52,275 bases of DNA from Candidatus Sungbacteria bacterium RIFCSPLOWO2_01_FULL_47_32 (GTDB taxonomy: Bacteria; Patescibacteriota; Minisyncoccia; Sungbacterales; GWA2-42-14): the NCBI GenBank assembly GCA_001820685.1, contig MHQP01000022.1, forward strand, positions 1 to 52,275, given 5' to 3'. Below the pieces are notes generated by a model, which was given only the letters and a program-made list of their open reading frames with translations, was not told the DNA's origin and ran no database searches. Shown here piece after piece: positions 32,401-40,510 of this stretch (position 1 is its first letter; each line of letters starts with the position of its first letter). The position numbers and the translations under genes are program-made.

Positions 32401-32625
32401 TCAAGCATGAAAAAAATAATGACCAAAACAGGTTCCCCGATGCTTTTTGTGACTATTGAGGATCTGACAGGAAAGATAGAGGCCCTTGTGTTCCCGCGCA
32501 TGCTGGAAAAAAATCCAACCATTTGGCAGGAAGATAAAGTGCTCATTGTCCGAGGAAAGTTGAGCGACTCCGAACGGGACAATTCGTTGAAGCTTTTGTG
32601 TGAAGAGGTAAGCGAAGTTTTATAA
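29431..32625 (+). CDS. dnaE: DNA polymerase III alpha subunit
   Basis: N-terminal PHP domain HLHVHSHYSLLDG, polymerase core, fingers and an OB fold; 1064 aa. Confidence 0.95.
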   Translation: MKFTHLHVHSHYSLLDGLAKIEDLVTRAKELGMDSLALTDHGNLYGVIEFYKKAKAAGIKPIIGCEMYIAYEDMHQRRPNIDDKRYHLTVLAYNNQGYHNLVKLVTKAHLEGYYYKPRIDKKTLKEYSEGLIALAGCFSGEVAHAVKNKKNDIAERLIAEYQDVFGRENFYLEIQPHFNFPDQMEINARMAELSKKTGAKLIATNDIHYVSPDDSEAQDILVSVQTGTKIDDENRLTMKNANLSMRSPEEMLALFPDTPEAISNTQEIADKVNINIPLGSWVFPDIKIPKGTTFDSELERLTYEGIAKRGLEKTPEIESRIQYELDIIKDKGFAPYFLTVADLLAFSHNQGILTNVRGSVAGSLVTYLIRITNINPILFKLPFERFLNPERPSAPDIDMDFADNRRDEVIQYAKDTYGEDKVAQIGTFGTMMARAAVRDVARALGYPYGVGDRIAKLIPFGSQGFPMTIAEALKITPELKELYDRDTDTHTIIDRAQKLEGCVRHISIHAAGVVIAPKPLSEYVPLQLDPKGDKKIITQYDMYSVEDIGLLKFDFLGIRNLAILEDAVRLVKYFRKIEVDIEKIPMDDKKTFELLTRGETIGLFQLNGSGMTHYLKELKPTTIHDINAMVALYRPGPIESIPTYIERKHNPRLVQFFDPRMKDILSESYGVVTYQDDVMLIAIRLAGYSWLEADKLRKAMGKKIPAEMAAQKQKLIDGFMKNGMGPQKAEGLWRLIEPFAAYGFNKAHAASYGMVAYQTAYMKANYPGEYMTAVLTADSGDTEKIAEIIAECMRMGIPVLPPDINESFAKFTLIREDDPGNDKIRFGLETVKNVGVPIVEAIIVSRKKNGKKFSSLTDFVERVQHKDLNKKSLESLIKCGALDEFGERGLLLGNIDTILEYARENQKNVSQGQTSLFSLSPEINVSSIKMKPKPAATKKERLAWEKELLGLYVSEHPLEEYKEKLQNKVIPMVDLKNQPKNRLLSVGGLVSSMKKIMTKTGSPMLFVTIEDLTGKIEALVFPRMLEKNPTIWQEDKVLIVRGKLSDSERDNSLKLLCEEVSEVL

Positions 32626-34371
32626 ATGGAAAAAGAAGGACATCATCCTAACATAGAATCAGTCCGCCATTCTTTGGCGCATGTTTTGGCGATGGCGGTC
32701 CTCAAAAAATTTCCTAAAGCAAAACTTGGCGTCGGCCCCGTCGTTGAGAACGGCTTTTATTATGATTTCAAACTTACCGGTCCCCTTTCGGACGAGGACC
32801 TTCCGGAACTTGAAAAAGAAATGCGCCATATAATTTCAACACGCCTTGATTTTAAGGAAGAGAAGATAACTCTGTCCGGCGCGAAAAAACTTTTTAAGGA
32901 CCAGCCTTTTAAGCTTGATCTTATTAAAGATTTTTCCAAGGAAAAAAGAGAGCTTACCGCGTATCACACCGGAGCATTCACCGACCTCTGTCGCGGAGGA
33001 CACATCGAAAACACCTCCGAAATAAACGCGGATGCTTTCAAGCTCGATAAAACCGCGGGTGCCTACTGGAAAGGAGCTGAAAAAAACGAACAGCTGACGC
33101 GGATCTACGGTCTTTCGTTCGAAACAAAAGAAAAACTTGAGCGCTTTCTTTCAATACGTGAAGAGGCGGTAAAACGCGACCACCGAAAACTTGGACAAGA
33201 ACTGGGTCTCTTTGTCTTCTCCGAGCTCGTCGGACCCGGCCTTCCACTCTACACTCCCCGCGGAACAGCAATCCTTCAGGAAATAAAAAACTTTTCCCGT
33301 TCACTTCGCAAAGAGATGGGCTACGAAGAGGTCCAGACCCCGAACATGAACAAGGGGGAACTTTTCAAAACATCCGGCCACTATAACAAATTCAAGGACG
33401 ATATGTTCACCGTGCATTCCCATTTCACCAAAGAGGAATATTTCCTTAAGCCAATGAACTGCCCCCAACACACCCAGATCTACTCTTCGGAGCCACGAAG
33501 CTACCGCGACCTTCCTCTTAAGTTTTCCGATTTTGCCATGCTCTATCGGGACGAAAAACCAGGTGAGCTTTCTGGGCTTACCCGGCTCCGTTCTTTTACA
33601 CAAGACGACGGCCACTGTTTTCTACGAGAGGACCAGATTAAACAGGAGTTCGCGCTTGTGTTAGGTGCTATCCAAAAAACTATGAAACGCTATGGGCTTG
33701 ATTACTTTATCCGGTTGTCGCTCCGCGATGAGAAAAACAAAACCGCATATCTTGGGACCGATGCCATATGGGAACGTTCGCAATCCCTCTTGAATGAGTT
33801 GCTTCGTGAAAATTCCATTGAATGCGTCGTTGCAGAGGGAGAAGCGGCCTTCTACGGGCCAAAAATGGACCTAATGATACGGGATTCGCTCGGGCGACAA
33901 TGGCAACTTTCGACCATCCAGCTTGATTTTAACATGCCCATCCGTTTCGGGCTCTCTTACATAGATGCAGACGGTAAAAAAGTAGCACCGGCCATGATTC
34001 ACTCGGCCCTTGTTGGCTCGCCTGAGCGCTTTTTTGGCATTTTAATCGAACATTACGTCGGGGATTTTCCCTTCTGGCTCTCCCCCATCCAAATCTCCAT
34101 TTTGTCTGTTAATGAGCGCGTTATTGACTATTGCCGCATGATTCAAGCCGCCCTTCAAAAGGAAGGTTTCCGGATCAGGATAGACGACCGTAACGAGTCT
34201 ATCGGCAAGAAAATACGCGAGGCTGAACTCTCAAAAGCTCCATACGCCCTAATCGTAGGCGACAGGGAGGCTGCGGCCTCTACGGTAAGCGTAAGGCGCA
34301 GGAAAAAGGGAGATTTAGGAGTTATAACGCTTGAAAATCTTATAAAACTGCTCCGTGGAGAAGCGTTGTAA
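32626..34371 (+). CDS. thrS: Threonyl-tRNA synthetase, N-terminally shortened with no TGS domain
   Basis: SLAHVLAMAV...GFYYDF second additional domain. DLCRGGH...GAYWKGAEKNEQLTRIYG. Class II motifs (RLRSFTQDDGHCF) and a C-terminal anticodon-binding domain. Its ATG directly abuts the dnaE TAA. Confidence 0.9.
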   Translation: MEKEGHHPNIESVRHSLAHVLAMAVLKKFPKAKLGVGPVVENGFYYDFKLTGPLSDEDLPELEKEMRHIISTRLDFKEEKITLSGAKKLFKDQPFKLDLIKDFSKEKRELTAYHTGAFTDLCRGGHIENTSEINADAFKLDKTAGAYWKGAEKNEQLTRIYGLSFETKEKLERFLSIREEAVKRDHRKLGQELGLFVFSELVGPGLPLYTPRGTAILQEIKNFSRSLRKEMGYEEVQTPNMNKGELFKTSGHYNKFKDDMFTVHSHFTKEEYFLKPMNCPQHTQIYSSEPRSYRDLPLKFSDFAMLYRDEKPGELSGLTRLRSFTQDDGHCFLREDQIKQEFALVLGAIQKTMKRYGLDYFIRLSLRDEKNKTAYLGTDAIWERSQSLLNELLRENSIECVVAEGEAAFYGPKMDLMIRDSLGRQWQLSTIQLDFNMPIRFGLSYIDADGKKVAPAMIHSALVGSPERFFGILIEHYVGDFPFWLSPIQISILSVNERVIDYCRMIQAALQKEGFRIRIDDRNESIGKKIREAELSKAPYALIVGDREAAASTVSVRRRKKGDLGVITLENLIKLLRGEAL

Positions 34372-34382
34372 TCGTACAACTG

Positions 34383-34411
34383 CTTGACAAATATTTTAAA
34401 TGGAGTATAAT
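34383..34411 (+). promoter_or_regulatory. Sigma70-type promoter (TTGACA, 16-nt spacer, TATAAT)
   Basis: Consensus -35 and -10 hexamers with a 16-nt spacer, about 60 nt upstream of the ORF at 34473. Confidence 0.55.
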
Positions 34412-34472
34412 ATCAAGGTTGGACTTAAGAGAATTCAAAGTAGCCAACACAAACAGTGGGGAGGTATCGCGC

Positions 34473-34766
34473 ATGACAAAACTGCCGCTGATGCTGATCC
34501 GGAGAAGGATCCTCGATGCGCTCAATGACAGAATCACAGAACTTGAGAGAAAGAACTCGATTCTCCTGCGATACGTCTTTGATGATGTTAAAGAAAAATT
34601 CTTGGAGTACCAGCGAACGGCCCATACCGCCGACCGCGATGCGACAATGCGTTCCTGGAGGCTTTGCAAGCTTTCGTTCAGAAGAATGAAGAATCTAGGC
34701 CTCGAAAAAGAGGCCTTGCAGTTCGTTCGTGACCTGGGCACGACCAGGAAAATACTTTCGAACTAG
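34473..34766 (+). CDS. Hypothetical small helical protein (97 aa)
   Basis: The ATG at 34473 is preceded by GGGGAGG with an 8-nt spacer. A consensus promoter lies upstream. Sequence MTKLPLMLIRRRILDALNDRITELERKNS.... The ORF-track minus-strand ORF 34340..34741 is antisense to it. Confidence 0.5.
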   Translation: MTKLPLMLIRRRILDALNDRITELERKNSILLRYVFDDVKEKFLEYQRTAHTADRDATMRSWRLCKLSFRRMKNLGLEKEALQFVRDLGTTRKILSN

Positions 34767-34851
34767 ACCCGGTTTTCGGGCTTTTTTGTTTTACACATAG
34801 GATGTTTTATGGCCCTTTCTTTTGCGCGCCGTTCATGGTAGGGTGCTGTCT

Positions 34852-35760
34852 ATGAAAAAGAGAAAAGAGAAAATAATAGTTGTCTGCGGACAAACAGCAT
34901 CGGGAAAATCCGCACTTGCGGTCGCTCTTGCGAAACACCTCGGCGGAGAAATTATTTCGGCAGATTCACGCCAAGTCTACAAAGGCCTTGATATCGGAAC
35001 CGAGAAAATGACGAAAAAAGAGATGGAAGGAATTCCTCACCACCTCATTGACGTAGCCTCTCCAAAAAAGCAGTTTACCGCAGCTGATTTTAAGCGCCTT
35101 ACGAAAAATAAAATAGCCGAGATTCAGAATCGCGGCCGTATACCGATACTGTGCGGAGGAACCGGTTTTTATATTGACGCGGTTTTGTATGATACTTCCA
35201 TTCCCAATGTTCCGCCTAACGCGATACTCCGGCGAACGCTTTCGAAAAAAACTGCTTCGGAACTTTTTTCCATCCTAAAAAAACTTGACCCGAAAAGAGC
35301 GCGGGCAATCGATTCCAAAAACCCGCGCCGGCTTATCAGGGCTATTGAAATCGTACGCCACACGGGTAAGCCGGTTTCTCCGCTTGTAAAAAAGAAGTCG
35401 GCATATGACGCTCTCATCCTCGGAGTTGCATTCCGAAGAGACGCGCTCGCGCGACGCATCAGCCTGCGACTTGATCGTAGACTTCGCCAAGGAATGGTGC
35501 GAGAAGTAAGGAATCTCATAAAAAAAGGGGTAGGGCATAGACGCCTTCAGGAACTTGGCCTCGAATACCGCTTCATCTCTTTGTATCTTCAAAAAAAGCT
35601 TTCACAAAATGAAATGCGGGAAAAATTAAATACCACCATCAGGCAATACGCAAAACGCCAGGAAACTTGGTTTAAGAGGAATCGATCAATTCGCTGGATA
35701 TTCCCTCCCTCCATTAGTAAAAAGGCAGTAGCTCTATCATCCTCTTTTTTAAAACGCTAA
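34852..35760 (+). CDS. miaA: tRNA dimethylallyltransferase
   Basis: P-loop VVCGQTASGKSALAV and ISADSRQVYKGLDIGT, with the MiaA pattern throughout. I chose the ATG at 34852. Confidence 0.9.
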   Translation: MKKRKEKIIVVCGQTASGKSALAVALAKHLGGEIISADSRQVYKGLDIGTEKMTKKEMEGIPHHLIDVASPKKQFTAADFKRLTKNKIAEIQNRGRIPILCGGTGFYIDAVLYDTSIPNVPPNAILRRTLSKKTASELFSILKKLDPKRARAIDSKNPRRLIRAIEIVRHTGKPVSPLVKKKSAYDALILGVAFRRDALARRISLRLDRRLRQGMVREVRNLIKKGVGHRRLQELGLEYRFISLYLQKKLSQNEMREKLNTTIRQYAKRQETWFKRNRSIRWIFPPSISKKAVALSSSFLKR

Positions 35761-36134
35761 TACCCAAAAAATGATTTTACGGCCGCAGACATTCTTTCAA
35801 GCCAGCCGAGCTTCGGCTGAACGGGTGTGGCGGTCGCTTGGTTCTCTGGAAGTATCACAAGCACTTCCTCACCGGGTTTTTTAAGATTCAGGCGGGCCTT
35901 TCCTTCCCGCTCGAGAAAACCGGCTGACTCAGCATATTCAATATCTTTTTTTACTGCATCGTTCTTCTTTTGGGCGTCAGTAATGCGAGCATGAAGATCT
36001 TTCTCTTCAAGATAGATCGTCCGGTACCGAAGCGATACATCAATAACACGGTATGAAACCGCAAAAAACGCAAGAGTCACGCCGACAAGCGTGAGCGGGG
36101 ACTTCAGAAATTTTTTAAAAAATGGTTCTTCCAT
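35757..36134 (-). CDS. ftsB: Septum formation initiator FtsB/DivIC family protein
   Basis: 125 aa; an N-terminal TM helix, a coiled coil, and the DivIC-like region EREGKARLNLKKPGEEVLVI. Confidence 0.6.
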   Translation of the reverse strand: MEEPFFKKFLKSPLTLVGVTLAFFAVSYRVIDVSLRYRTIYLEEKDLHARITDAQKKNDAVKKDIEYAESAGFLEREGKARLNLKKPGEEVLVILPENQATATPVQPKLGWLERMSAAVKSFFGY

Positions 36135-36247
36135 TGTTTAGTTCCGTTGAAAACTCGGCAGTTTTTCTCTTATAGAGAGTTTCCGGAGCGAGCCTCTTTC
36201 CAGTTTAATGCGTGAAGGGCGGAGTAGTTAAATGCGTTTTTCATGGG

Positions 36248-36275
36248 GTTGACGCTCTCTTTGTATTTGCTATAA
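36248..36275 (+). promoter_or_regulatory. Near-consensus sigma70 promoter (TTGACG, 16-nt spacer, TATAAT) driving a short roughly 190-nt transcript
   Basis: The hexamers are at 36248..36253 and 36270..36275. An ATG lies 8 nt downstream. A terminator lies at 36440..36476. Confidence 0.5.
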
Positions 36276-36439
36276 TCCGAACGTATGAACAAACGACACA
36301 AAAAAATCGTAAATATTGTGTGGATCGGCGTTTCTCTTATAGCCGTTCTCGGCATGATTGCGTTCACCCTTATGCCGCTCCTTTCGCTCTACTAGTAGGT
36401 TTTTCTAGCATAGCACAACCGCATAAATTCAGCACAAAC

Positions 36440-36476
36440 CGGCCCTTTGGGGGCCAGATTTTTTATTCTTTTTTCA
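36440..36476 (+). terminator. Rho-independent terminator (GGCCC-tttg-GGGCC plus AGATTTTTTATTCTTTTTT)
   Basis: A GC stem followed by a long T-rich tract, about 190 nt downstream of the promoter at 36248. Confidence 0.6.
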
Positions 36477-36629
36477 GTATTCTGCGAAAGATATGCAGAG
36501 TGTCCGCCATAAGTATAGATTCTTTTCTTACCCCAAAACAAACCTGGCTGAAGACGCCTTGCTTGCCACAAGCAGAATTATGCCCTTCAGAGGCTCCGGA
36601 GAAAGAGTTTGAATAAGTCTCATCTTGGA

Positions 36630-36748
36630 GGTTTACCCGTTAGAAGTCCGGCCTGGTATTTCTTATAAATGGCTTCCTAAAAACTCGTCTTTCGGCTTTA
36701 TATTACACTTAAGGCAACCACTATCCATGGACTTCTAACGGGGTTTAC
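36630..36748. mobile_element. MITE-like element B. TIRs are CCGTTAGAAGTCC and GGACTTCTAACGG (13 bp, perfect) at 36637..36649 and 36729..36741, flanked by the 7-bp direct repeat GGTTTAC.
   Basis: A perfect inverted repeat about 80 bp apart. The identical GGTTTAC sits at 36630..36636 and 36742..36748. The termini share CCGTTAGA with element A. It is intergenic, upstream of gdh. Confidence 0.45.
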
Positions 36749-36808
36749 AAGAGGAGTCTTTTCTGCTACGAATGAGAGCGTGGTTTTTTTACATCCAGAG
36801 GTACTGCC

Positions 36809-38158
36809 ATGGCGACTGACCTTCTGAAGAATATCAGATCGCGGATTGAAAGGGCCGGAGGAATAGGAGAATTTCCAGACTGGTATATACTCGAGCTTTC
36901 CGGTTTCAAGCGCCGGTGGTCGACGGATATGGTAGTTGATCTTACCGACCCCGCAGACCCCCTAAAGACAAAACCGGAATCAATCAAAGTGGTGCGAGTC
37001 CAGCACCGAACCCCTGATAACAGCTGGATAACCGGCGGAGGGTGGCGACATCACCCGGACGTAACGCTTTCCCAGATGGAATCGCATGCAATCGAGATGT
37101 CCCTTAAGGACTGGATCATCGGAATTCCGCATGGCGGCTCGAAGGGCGGAGCGGCATTTGATCCGAGAAAAGTTTCCCAAAAAGACCTCCTCACGATCGT
37201 CTTGAGAATAGTTTCGGAAGCAATTGAGGAGAACATCATCGGCCCCTATATCGACCGGTGGGCGCCAGACGTCAATACGAACCCGACCATCATGAAGTGG
37301 ATTCAGGACCACTATGCTTATGAAATGCGCAAGCAGGGCCGTCCCCAGCCCGCGGCAGCCGTTACGGGAAAGCCTGTCCAATTCGGAGGAATGCCGGGGA
37401 GAGAAGAAGCAACCGGCCGGGGACTCCACTATGCCCTGCAGACATTCAGAAAAAATCTGGATATTAAGCTTCCGGACGAACCTACTGCCGTGTTGCAGGG
37501 GTTTGGAAATGTCGGATACAACTTCGCGAAACTGGCAAAAGAATTCGGTATCAGAATCGTCGGAGTGCAGGACCAGTATGGAGGGTTTTATCATCCTGAC
37601 TTCTCGATTGACGAACTTTTCAAGTATGTAAACGAAAACCCTCGCAGAACTGTGGCGGGGTTTCACGAGGTCTGCAAAGGAGACCCGATCAATTCTCCGG
37701 AAGAACTTTTTGCCAAAAAATGCGATATTGCGGTTCCCGCGGCACTTGAAGAAGCCATTACGCCGGAGGTCGCAAAAAACTTCGGCGCTCGCATCCTTCT
37801 TGAAGGAGCAAACGGCCCAACGCTTCCGGAGTCCGACCCGATTCTTGAAGATAAAGGTGTTATCGTCATTCCCGATATCTACGCAAACGCTGGCGGTGTT
37901 ACTGTATCCTACTTTGAGTGGGAGCAGGATACCCACATCAGGCCGTTTGACCCCATGCTTGAGCCGCCAAAAGAGCGCGATGCCGGACTTGTTTTCTCGG
38001 CACTCCAGGGAGCTTTCTCGAGAAACGGGAAGAACATCATCCAGCTCAGGAACACTATCAAGGAAGGCAGGAAGCCGATTACCTACCGCCTTGCAAGCTA
38101 TATATACGCCATGAATAGAGTATTCCCGATATTCGAAGTAAAGCGGAGAAAGAACTGA
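36809..38158 (+). CDS. gdhA: Glu/Leu/Phe/Val-family amino acid dehydrogenase, probably glutamate dehydrogenase
   Basis: The catalytic lysine loop GIPHGGSKGG, the dinucleotide-binding motif QGFGNVG, and ANAGGVTVSYFEWEQ. Confidence 0.8.
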   Translation: MATDLLKNIRSRIERAGGIGEFPDWYILELSGFKRRWSTDMVVDLTDPADPLKTKPESIKVVRVQHRTPDNSWITGGGWRHHPDVTLSQMESHAIEMSLKDWIIGIPHGGSKGGAAFDPRKVSQKDLLTIVLRIVSEAIEENIIGPYIDRWAPDVNTNPTIMKWIQDHYAYEMRKQGRPQPAAAVTGKPVQFGGMPGREEATGRGLHYALQTFRKNLDIKLPDEPTAVLQGFGNVGYNFAKLAKEFGIRIVGVQDQYGGFYHPDFSIDELFKYVNENPRRTVAGFHEVCKGDPINSPEELFAKKCDIAVPAALEEAITPEVAKNFGARILLEGANGPTLPESDPILEDKGVIVIPDIYANAGGVTVSYFEWEQDTHIRPFDPMLEPPKERDAGLVFSALQGAFSRNGKNIIQLRNTIKEGRKPITYRLASYIYAMNRVFPIFEVKRRKN

Positions 38159-38175
38159 CAAAGCATTAATTAAAA

Positions 38176-38204
38176 TTTAAAATCCCCCATGGGGGATTTT
38201 TTCT
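38176..38204. terminator. Bidirectional terminator, a perfect palindrome ATCCCCCATGGGGGAT flanked by A and T runs, between convergent gdh and lepA
   Basis: A 16-nt perfect palindrome with AAAA upstream and TTTTTT downstream. Confidence 0.7.
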
Positions 38205-38234
38205 TTATCCAAACGTTTGCCCTGCCAGCACCTG

Positions 38235-40055
38235 TTACCGCTTCAATATTTTCAAAAACACATCCGGCGGTATCTCAACCCGGCCCGATTCTTTGAGGCG
38301 TTCTTTGCCCCGCTTTTGCTTCTTCCAAAGCTTCATCTTGCGGGTTCTGTCGCCCCCATAGAGATACCCGGTCACGTCTTTTTTAAGCGCAGGAATGGTT
38401 TCTCTCGCAAGAACTTTCCCGGAAACAGCCGCCTGAATTGCGACGGCAAAAAGTTGTTTTGGCAAAAGTTCTTTCAGTTTCTGCACCATAATCCTCCCCT
38501 CGTCATATGACTTTTCGCGGGGAACAACCTGGGAGAAGGCCTCTTCCCGTTCATTCGCTATCAGAATGTCGAGCCGAACCAGATCTCCGGGCCGGTAATC
38601 AAGAAGCTCATAGCCCAAAGAACCATACCCTTCGGTAACGCTTTTCAGCTTATCGAAAAAATCGACAAGAATGTCCTTTAATGGAACTTCATACGCCACG
38701 GTAAGACGGTCGGCTCCGAGATACTCCTGACTCACGTAGACACCGCGCGTCTGGCGAAGAAGGCTCATAACGCCCCCCAAAAAACACTGCGGCGTTATTA
38801 TTTCAAGCTTCACCCATGGCTCCTGAATTCCCTGCATTATTCGCTCTTCTGGTAAGCGGGAGGCAGAATAAATATACTCCTCGCCCTTCGGCGTCTTTAC
38901 AAAATACGCGACCGAAGGCGAGGTGAAAATAAGGTTTATGGCGTATTCGCGCTTAAGCCTCTCCCCCACAATCTCCAAATGAAGCATACCGAGAAACCCG
39001 ATGCGAAACCCTCTTCCCAAAGCGTCGGATGCTTCGGGTTCGAAAAATATAGAAGCATCGTTCAGTTTTATTTTTTTAAGGGCGTCGCGCAATTTTTCAT
39101 AATCGTCCGCGTCCTCCGGATACATGCTCGCAAATACCATCGGTTTCGGCTCTTTATAGCCGGGGAGCACAATAACGCCTCTCGGCGCCGTTCCCGCTTC
39201 AAATTTAGCGTTCGTGACGGTATCTCCGATGCGTATCTGTTCAGGCTCTTTGAAGCCTGTCGCGATATATCCGATTTCCCCGTTTTTCAAAGTATCCCCC
39301 GCGACAAGTGCGGGGGCAAAATACCCGATTTCCATGACTTCGGTGTTTGAGCGCGACACAAGCATGAATATTTTTTCTCCCTTCTTAAATTCGCCGTCAA
39401 AAATCCTCACATGAGCGATAACTCCGCGAAAGCTGTCAAAGTGGGAATCGAATATGAGCGCGCGCCCAGGAACATTTTCTTGTCCTTTTTCGGGCGATGG
39501 CACTTTTTGTATGACAGCCCTCAACACACCTTCAACACCCTCCCCCGTTTTTGCGGATATCCGTAAAATATCTTCTCGCCCGCACCCGAGAAGATTTACG
39601 AGTTCATCTTCCGTTTCCTTAATGCGCGCTCCCTGCAGATCTACTTTATTGATAACCGGAATAATAACCAAGCCTTCTTCGCGGGCAAGATGAAGATTTG
39701 CGATGGTTTGGGCCTGAACTCCTTGCGTTGCGTCAACCAAAAGAATTGCCCCCTCTACACAGGCAAGCGCCCGGGAAACTTCGTACGTAAAATCGACATG
39801 GCCGGGAGTATCTATGAGGTGCAAAAGATATTTTTGTTTCGGATCTCCTTTTGGCTCATCAATTTCCCAAAGTAGCCGTACAGGCTGCATTTTTATGGTA
39901 ATGCCCTTTTCGCGTTCAAGGTCCATTGTATCCAAAAACTGTTCGCGCATTTTTCGTTTCTCGATTGTTCCGGTCAATTCCAAAAAACGGTCGGCGAGGG
40001 TTGATTTGCCGTGATCTATATGGGCAATAATGACGAAATTACGAATGTTTTTCAT
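38235..40055 (-). CDS. lepA: Elongation factor 4 (LepA)
   Basis: MKNIRNFVIIAHIDHGKSTLADR G-domain and a LepA-specific C-terminal domain. I chose the ATG at 40055. The ORF-track start at 40163 adds 36 unsupported residues. Confidence 0.9.
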   Translation of the reverse strand: MKNIRNFVIIAHIDHGKSTLADRFLELTGTIEKRKMREQFLDTMDLEREKGITIKMQPVRLLWEIDEPKGDPKQKYLLHLIDTPGHVDFTYEVSRALACVEGAILLVDATQGVQAQTIANLHLAREEGLVIIPVINKVDLQGARIKETEDELVNLLGCGREDILRISAKTGEGVEGVLRAVIQKVPSPEKGQENVPGRALIFDSHFDSFRGVIAHVRIFDGEFKKGEKIFMLVSRSNTEVMEIGYFAPALVAGDTLKNGEIGYIATGFKEPEQIRIGDTVTNAKFEAGTAPRGVIVLPGYKEPKPMVFASMYPEDADDYEKLRDALKKIKLNDASIFFEPEASDALGRGFRIGFLGMLHLEIVGERLKREYAINLIFTSPSVAYFVKTPKGEEYIYSASRLPEERIMQGIQEPWVKLEIITPQCFLGGVMSLLRQTRGVYVSQEYLGADRLTVAYEVPLKDILVDFFDKLKSVTEGYGSLGYELLDYRPGDLVRLDILIANEREEAFSQVVPREKSYDEGRIMVQKLKELLPKQLFAVAIQAAVSGKVLARETIPALKKDVTGYLYGGDRTRKMKLWKKQKRGKERLKESGRVEIPPDVFLKILKR

Positions 40056-40137
40056 ATATGCTACAATAATTACTCTAACAGTTTTACCTCGTTTTGTAAA
40101 AATGAAAAAGTGCTCACAAGGAGCACCTTCTTTCTTA

Positions 40138-40455
40138 CTAATAGGTTGACCAATCGGGACCATACCTCCCGCCCAAAAGCGGTTTTCCGTTTGCTAAAAA
40201 TAATGCTCCAGGAATGACAAGGATCAAAAAAGTACCAACGACAAACGCTGTAGCGCTATCAAATGTATGAAAGCGCAAACCAACTAGATAAGCAATCAAT
40301 AAAGTCCCGAACCAGAAAAGAATCATTACCAATCCAATAACTGTATATACAATACCCATTCTCCTCAACCTCAGAGCCTTTATGCCCATCGGCTTTTCAG
40401 AATTCATGGGCGTAGCGCCTCCTTTGATGTGTTTGCGTCGGTCGGCATTTTCCAA
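40138..40455 (-). CDS. Hypothetical small membrane protein with two TM helices
   Basis: 105-aa ORF with two hydrophobic helices. The true start may be an internal Met (MNSEKP or MGIKALRL). Confidence 0.4.
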   Translation of the reverse strand: MENADRRKHIKGGATPMNSEKPMGIKALRLRRMGIVYTVIGLVMILFWFGTLLIAYLVGLRFHTFDSATAFVVGTFLILVIPGALFLANGKPLLGGRYGPDWSTY

Positions 40456-40510
40456 TAAATTCTATCATAAACAAAAATATAAGTCAATAGCAAATGCACA
40501 TTCGCATATC

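Noticed and set aside
34340-34741. ORF-track 133-aa minus-strand ORF
   Set aside because: It is antisense to the plus-strand 97-aa gene, which has a strong SD (GGGGAGG), a consensus promoter and a terminator. The minus-strand translation is Ser/Leu/Arg-rich.
36212-36616. ORF-track 134-aa plus-strand ORF
   Set aside because: It spans a consensus promoter and a rho-independent terminator, and the translation is basic and low-complexity. I replaced it with the small-transcript interpretation.
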